In this document: piece after piece, positions 57,766 to 64,000 of the stretch
How the letters are laid out: the number at the start of each line of letters is the position of its first letter
Position numbering within the stretch: the first letter of the stretch is position 1
Assembly (NCBI GenBank): GCA_002269645.1
Contig: NIVC01000129.1
Span: 790,755-854,754 of the forward strand
Direction: 5' to 3'
From: Macrostomum lignano
Taxonomy: Eukaryota
Length of the DNA: 64,000 nucleotides
Made by a program: the position numbers and the translations under genes
The notes under the pieces: generated by a model
The model's input: only the letters and a program-made list of their open reading frames with translations
What the model was told of the DNA's origin: nothing
The model's database searches: none

Positions 57766-60700
57766 ATGGCTGTGAGCTACGCATCCCAGATCTACACCGA
57801 TGACCGGCTGTTCTTTGTTCGCCTCCTGTTCCGCTGGGCTGGTAGCGTGTGGCAGTTGCTTTGGATTGACTACCTCATCTTCACGCTAATGTACGTGGGC
57901 CTGGCTGTGCTCTACTTCAACCTGCTGTACACTCACGCCGAACTCAAGGCCACATTCGAGGTTACCGTGGCCTGGTTGAAAGCGATTCGCACCTCTGTGC
58001 CACTGTCCTTCATGTTGGGCTTCTTTGTGTCCGCCGTGTTCGGTCGGTCAGTGTCAATATTGGTCACGAGATAAAATTGATAGAACGAGATAATTAAATG
58101 GGTCAGGTGATGAAATGGGTCAGGTGACGAAATGGTTCAGGTGACGAAATGGTTCAGGTGACGAAATGGGTCACCTAATGAAATGGATCAGGTAACGAAA
58201 TGGGTCAGTAACTAAATGGGTCAGTAACGAAATGGGTCAGGTGACGAAATGGGTCAGTAACTAAATGGGTCAGGTGGTGAAACTGGTCAGGGGATGAAAC
58301 GGGTCAGGTGATGAAACGGGTCAGGTGACGATATGGGTCAGGTGATGGAACGGTGTCGAGTCAAACTAGAATTCTAAGCCTCAACCGAATATCGAATATT
58401 TGATCGCAGCTGGTGGAGCGTCTGCACTTCGATTCCGTGGCTTCACTCCTCCTCTTTCTACTGCCAAGCTCTGGTCGACAGTCCGAAGACGAGTCGCAGC
58501 GATTTGGCCAGGAAACTTCGAATCACGGTGCTGAGATACCTGAACCTGGCCTGGATCCTCATGATGGCCGGCGTGTCGCTGCACATCAAAGAGCGGTTCG
58601 GATACTGGCAACCGAAATGGAGAAAGTTTCAGCTCACCTGGCAGCGCCGGCTCCAGCTGATCAACTCGGACAGTAAAGTGCAGAAGTACTTTGGCCAGCT
58701 GGTCACCGAGAAGGAGATGCAGGCGTTTGCCAAGTCTGCGGAGCTGTCCAACGACAATGACCACAGCTACGATCCCGAGTATTGGCTGCCGCTCATGTGG
58801 GCGACCCGGCTTATTCGTAGAGCCAAAAATTTGGGTGAGGATTTTAATTTAGAAGTTTAATTCGAATTCGGATCGAAATTTGGTCAAACAAATGTTTGAG
58901 TCTTAGGCTTTTTAGTTGTAGCAAAATAGGTTTTTTTAGGTCTGCTTCGAATCGGGTCGAGCCCAAGTCTGATTAAGGTCGCATTAGGCCAAGGTCACGT
59001 CGTATTCACGTATTCACGTCGGGTCAAGGTCACATTGAGTTATAGTCATATGTCAAGGTCATATTGGGTTATAGTCCCATCAGATCAAGGTCGCATCGAG
59101 TTATAGTCACGTCGGGTCAAGGTCACATTGGGTTATAGTCCCATCAGGTCAAGGTCACATCGGGTTATAGTCCCATCAGGTCAAAGTCACATCGGGTTAT
59201 AGTCCCATCAGGTCAAGGTCACATCGGGTTATAGTCCCATCAGGTCAAGGTCACATCGGGTTATAGTCCCGTCAGGTCAAGGTCACATCGGGTTATAGTC
59301 ACGTCAGGTTAAGGTCACACGGGTTCAAGGGCACAAGAGGTCATATAGTCATCGGTTCAAGGTCATACAATATATCGGGTCAAGGCTGAAATTGATTCAA
59401 TTCCCAAAACTCCAGGCTGCATCGCTGACGAGCGGCAGTACCTCTTCCTAGTGAACATCATCAATAATTTTCGCGGCGACCTCGGCACGGTGTGGATGTA
59501 CACCGAGTTCAACATCCCGCTGGTGTACACCCAGGTGGCCGTGACTGCAGTCTACCTGTTCCTAGCCTCCACCCTGATCTCCACCCAACTGGTTGACTCG
59601 GACATCCTGCTGCTGGAAAACTTCCCGTCCAGGAATGGCACTGTGACAAGGACCTTGGGCCTCAATCTGCTTTCCTACCTACCAGTTATTGGCAGTCTTG
59701 AGTTCATCTTCTACCTGGGTGAGCAAAAGGTTCAAGTTTTGGTAATTTGGAGTTTATAAGGGATTTGAGTAGGTTGGGATTTGGACAGGTATAGATTTGA
59801 GATTTGAGAATATTGGGATTTTGGGAATGTTGGGATTTGGGAATATTAGGATTTTGGGAATATTAGGATTTTGGGAATACTGGGATTCTAAGAAGGCTCG
59901 GATTTTGAAAGTTGAGATTCAGAAGAAATGTTGTTCGGAGTGATGTGTTCCTTATTACCCGACTTTCGATAATCAAGGAACAATCACTTCTAGCTCAACA
60001 GCTAGGCAACCCAGTTAGTCAAACGAAGGTATTCAATTACCTTTAATCCGGATTTGAATTTCTTGAGTAGTTCTCGCTAGGAACTCGTCAGTAGATCTCG
60101 TGTAGATCTAGTCACTGTCTTGGATCCGCTTCTCTGGTCCTGATTCTTCTTTTGCTTCCAACGAAATTACTTCCGGCCGGTATCTGCAGTCAGGACCAAT
60201 CAGAGGCCTCGTATCAACAATGGGTACCCTGCGCCAAACTGCGGTCTAGATTAAGCCTCCTTCTAGCAGTGCCTTTATGCACTCTAGGTATGGCTCCGGA
60301 AACCACTGATAGTCCTCTAAGATCTATCAGGGGCAGTCCTTCTGGAGACTGCAACCAATGGAGTCTAAACAGACTCAAGAGTCTCAACAGACCCAAATAG
60401 ACTCAAGTCTCAATAGACTTGAGCGAGACGTCTCTAACACAACAGGCGCAAATAAGGAAGGCTTACCGCAACAACTCGACCGAGTCTCGATTGACTTGGT
60501 GATCAGGAAGTCCTCCTAAGGCTTCCTCTTCGGAGCTTCTCCTCTCGTCGGGAGTTGGCTCCTGGTCCGCTTCGGACCGCTTGTATTTATAGGCAACTTT
60601 TTGATTCAAAATAGCATCATTACAATCCACGTGTTGCGCTAAAAGGGGAAAATGGCTCATGGCGTATCATTTTGGTAACATCTTTCCTGGTAGCGTGATT

Positions 60701-62437
60701 CATTCAAAGCTTAGGCGCACATGCGTGTACTTACTTACTTATAGTAGCATTATACGATTATCTTCTTTTATCCTTTTTTAACGGGAGGTAGAACACTCTA
60801 CAGGAGAGCATCGAGGATAAAGAAACGTTAAAAATCCGTAAACCGTAATCCGTAATTCGTAAATAACCTGTAATAGTTGTAAGATTTTCTGTCAGTAATC
60901 TCAGGAGCAAAAACTGCTTTCCCAGGCTGGTTCAAAATTGGGATGTGCCTCCTGAACCCGATGGGCAAGGACAAGGCCGACATCCCCATGTCCGACATTC
61001 TCAACTCCAATCTGAAGGCATCAGTGAAAATCGGCGGAGCCGAGGACAGCATCTTCCCCGGTGGATTGACGGACAGCGGCGAGGCCGAGGAAGCGCAGGT
61101 CTGTATTGCACTACTCGTAGTAGGGGAAAAGCATTTTCTTGCTGTAATAAGAGAAGTCGGAGCATTTGAAAAACACAATCCTGAATAGCACTACTTGCAG
61201 TAGAGGAAAGGCATTTGTGACGATTAGAGAGCTTCAGAAAATCAGATATTAGAAACTCCTGACAGTAAATTTATGCCTTTTGACACATTTGAGCTTTTGA
61301 CTCACAATTAAGTATAATCTGACACTTAAATTAGTAAAGTCTGACACTTAATATAGTACAGTCTGACATTTAATTTAGCACAGTCTAACACTTAGTTTAG
61401 TAATCTGACACCTAATTTAGTATAATCTGACACCTAATTTATTATAATCTGACACTTAATTTAGTACAGTCTGACACTTAATTTATTATAATCTGACACT
61501 TAATTTATTGCAGTCTGACACTTAATTTAGTACAGTCTGACACTTAATTTAGTATAATCTGACACTTAATTTAGTATAATCTGACACTTAATTTAGTATA
61601 ATCTGACACTTGATTTAGTATAATCTGACACTTAATTTAGTATAATCTGACACTTGATTTAGTATAATCTGACACTTGATTTAGTATAATCTGACACTTG
61701 ATTTAGTATAATCTGACACTTGATTTAGTATAATCTGACACTTGATTTAGTATAATCTGACACTTGATTTAGTATAATCTGACATTGAATTTAGTGCAGT
61801 CTGACACTAAAAAGGTCTGACACTTGATTTAGAGCTCCTGACACTTAGGTAACCAAATGCAACACTAGATCAACCAAAATTTGGTTCGACCACAGTCAAG
61901 AAAGTGACTTCAATCTCTAAACAAACTTTACAGGTTGCCGAGTTTCTGCGCTCATTCGATTTCACCGGCGTCCACGCGCACGACAAGTTCGGCAGCGCCG
62001 AGCAGACGGAGCGGCAGCTGCGGAAGGCGCTGTTCAAGCGGCTTCAAGGCCGCGGCGCTGATTGGCTGCATGCTGCTGAGTCCGCCGGCGGCGCCCTGCT
62101 GAGACGCGGGGCGGGCAAGCATTCCACTGGCGAACGGCCGACTTCGTTAGGTTTGTCGACAACTCTACAGCAGCGTCACCTGCAGAAGCAGCATCATCAC
62201 TCCTCTACGGCATCGTTGGAGTCGACGGCTTCGTTGGGGACTTCAACAACTGGCAGCTTGGAGCCGCCAAGAGTCGAGAGAAATCCGGGCCAGCTGACCC
62301 GGTCTGGCAGCCTGCCGCACATGGCCGTCACCTCAGCCGATCCGCCGGTCGCCGCCAAGGCGAACGGAAAAGCGGCGTCGAAAGCGGCGGCAAAATCTTC
62401 GTCCAAAACGAAAGCGATCAGCACCACCAAACTCTGA
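57766..62437 (+). CDS. Bestrophin-family anion channel, copy 2, 5 exons, 561 aa
   Basis: Exons 57766-58046, 58410-58834, 59416-59718, 60926-61098, 61934-62437 (1686 nt). Same intron positions and phases as copy 1; LLNPMGKDKAD. Confidence 0.9.
58100..58350. repeat. 17-bp minisatellite GGGTCAGGTGACGAAAT
   Basis: Bestrophin 2 intron 1. Confidence 0.88.
58975..59380. repeat. 32-bp minisatellite
   Basis: GGGTTATAGTCCCATCAGGTCAAGGTCACATC, bestrophin 2 intron 2. Confidence 0.9.
61315..61850. repeat. 22-bp minisatellite CTGACACTTGATTTAGTATAAT
   Basis: Bestrophin 2 intron 4. Confidence 0.93.
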
Positions 62438-62459
62438 TGCGTCTGCTCACTCTGCTGTC

Positions 62460-63620
62460 TCTGGTCTCGATTCTATCTGCCTGTCTCTATTCTCACCTTT
62501 GAGTCCATTCTCAACTTCTGTCTCGATTCTCAACTTCTGTCTCTACTCTCACCTTCTGTCTCTATTCTCACCCCTGTCTCTATTCTCAACTTCTGTCTCT
62601 ATTCTCAACTTCTGTCTCTATTCTCAACTTCTGTATCTATTCTCAACTTCTGTCTCTACTCTCACCTTCTGTCTCTACTCTCAACTTCTGTCTCTATTCT
62701 CAACTTCTGTCTCTACTCTCAACTTCTGTCTCTATTCTCAACTTCTGTCTCTATTCTCAACTTCTGTCTCTATTCTCAACTTCTGTCTCTACTCTCACCT
62801 TTGGGTCTATTCTCACCTTCTGTCTCTACTCTCACCTCTGTCTCTATTCTCAACTTCTGTCTCTACTCTCACCTTCTGTCTCTACTCTCACCTTCTGTCT
62901 CTATTCTCAACTTCTGTCTCTATTCTCAACTTCTGTCTCTATTCTCAACTTCTGTCTCTACTCTCACCTTTGGGTCTATTCTCACCTTCTGTCTCTACTC
63001 TCAACTTCTGTCTCTATTCTCAACTTCTGTCTCTATTCTCAACTTCTGTCTCTATTCTCAACTTCTATCTCTATTCTCAACTTCCGTCTCTACTCTCACC
63101 TTCTGTCTCTACTCTCAACTTCTGTCTCTACTCTCACCTTCTGTCTCTACTCTCACCTTCTGTCTCTACTCTCACCTTCAGTCTTTACTCTCACCTTCTG
63201 TCTCTATTCTCAACCCTGTCTCTATTCTCACCCCTGTCTCTATTCTTACCCCTGTCTCTATTCTTACCCCTGTCTCTATTCTCACCTCTGTCTCTATTCT
63301 CAACTTCTGTCTCTACTCTCACCTTCTGTCTCTACTCTCAACTTCTGTCTCTATTCTCAACTTATGTCTCTATTCTCACCCCAGTCTCTATTCTCATCTT
63401 TGGGTCTATTCTCCCATCTGTCTCTATTCTCAACTTCTGTCTCTATTCTCATCTTTGGGTCTATTCTCCCCTCTGTCTCTATTCTCACCTCTGTCTCTAT
63501 TCTTACCTCTGTCTCTATTCTCACCTCTGTCTCTATTCTCACCTCTTCCTCTATTCTCACCTCTGTCTCTATTCTCACCTCTTCCTCTATTCTCAACTTC
63601 TGTTTCTATTCTCAACTTCG
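62460..63620. repeat. 19-bp minisatellite CTCTATTCTCAACTTCTGT
   Basis: Explains ORFs 62499..63641 and 62801..63727. Confidence 0.93.
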
Positions 63621-63829
63621 ATTTTAATTCGATTCAGTTAACTCGAATTGACGAATTCGATTTTTTCTTTTCGTTTCCAAACTGCTCGTTAATCAAATTT
63701 TTCTTATGGTCAGCTTTTTATTCTTAATAAAACACATTGCGCGGCTTGAAAAACTTTATCATCATGCTTGACTGATAGCAGAACCGCAAATACGGAAATG
63801 TGCAAAATTTTAATGGAGCAGTAACCTGC

Positions 63830-64000
63830 CTTTATCAATATATCAACCTGCCTTTATCAATATATCAATCTGCCTTTATCAATATATCAATCCGACTGTC
63901 AATATATCAATCTGGCTTTATCAATATATCAATCTGGCTCTATCAATCTGGCTCTATCAATCTATCAATCTGCCTTTATCAATATATCAATCTGGCTCTA
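63830..64000. repeat. ~22-bp TATCAATATATCAATCTG array running off the window end
   Basis: Direct reading. Confidence 0.85.

Noticed and set aside
59929-60680. Possible solo LTR in bestrophin 2 intron 3 (TGTT...AACA, minus-strand TATAAATA)
   Set aside because: No target-site duplication found and no second copy in the window
62499-63727. 380-aa and 308-aa Ser/Leu-rich ORFs (similarly 6092..6949, 28265..29286, 51987..52971, 53682..54344)
   Set aside because: Minisatellite or low-complexity translations

Overview
Eukaryotic, animal-type DNA: GC-rich exons with GT-AG introns that are largely filled by micro- and minisatellites. The style suggests a repeat-rich lophotrochozoan such as the flatworm Macrostomum; this is inference only. 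By manual splicing I rebuilt these host genes with open frames: a 10-exon RYK/Derailed Wnt pseudokinase receptor (-), an orphan single-pass membrane ORF (-), a 3-exon class A GPCR (+), a 2-exon inward-rectifier K+ channel (-), two tandem 5-exon bestrophins (+), and an intronless ER cyclophilin (-) between the bestrophins. The main mobile element is an apparently intact ~11.3 kb Helitron. It encodes an 8-exon, ~1770 aa RepHel with N-terminal helical repeats and an OTU protease domain, plus a separate 3-exon RPA1-like OB-fold gene. It sits inside a hAT-like element with an 8-bp TSD and itself contains a P-like MITE. Also present: a decayed Ty3/gypsy element with a 5-bp TSD, a Crypton-like relic, a ~195-bp-arm palindrome and another MITE. 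No rRNA, tRNA or CRISPR array was recognised. Most long ORFs in the track are repeat artefacts. All family calls come from motif recognition by eye; no database searches were run.
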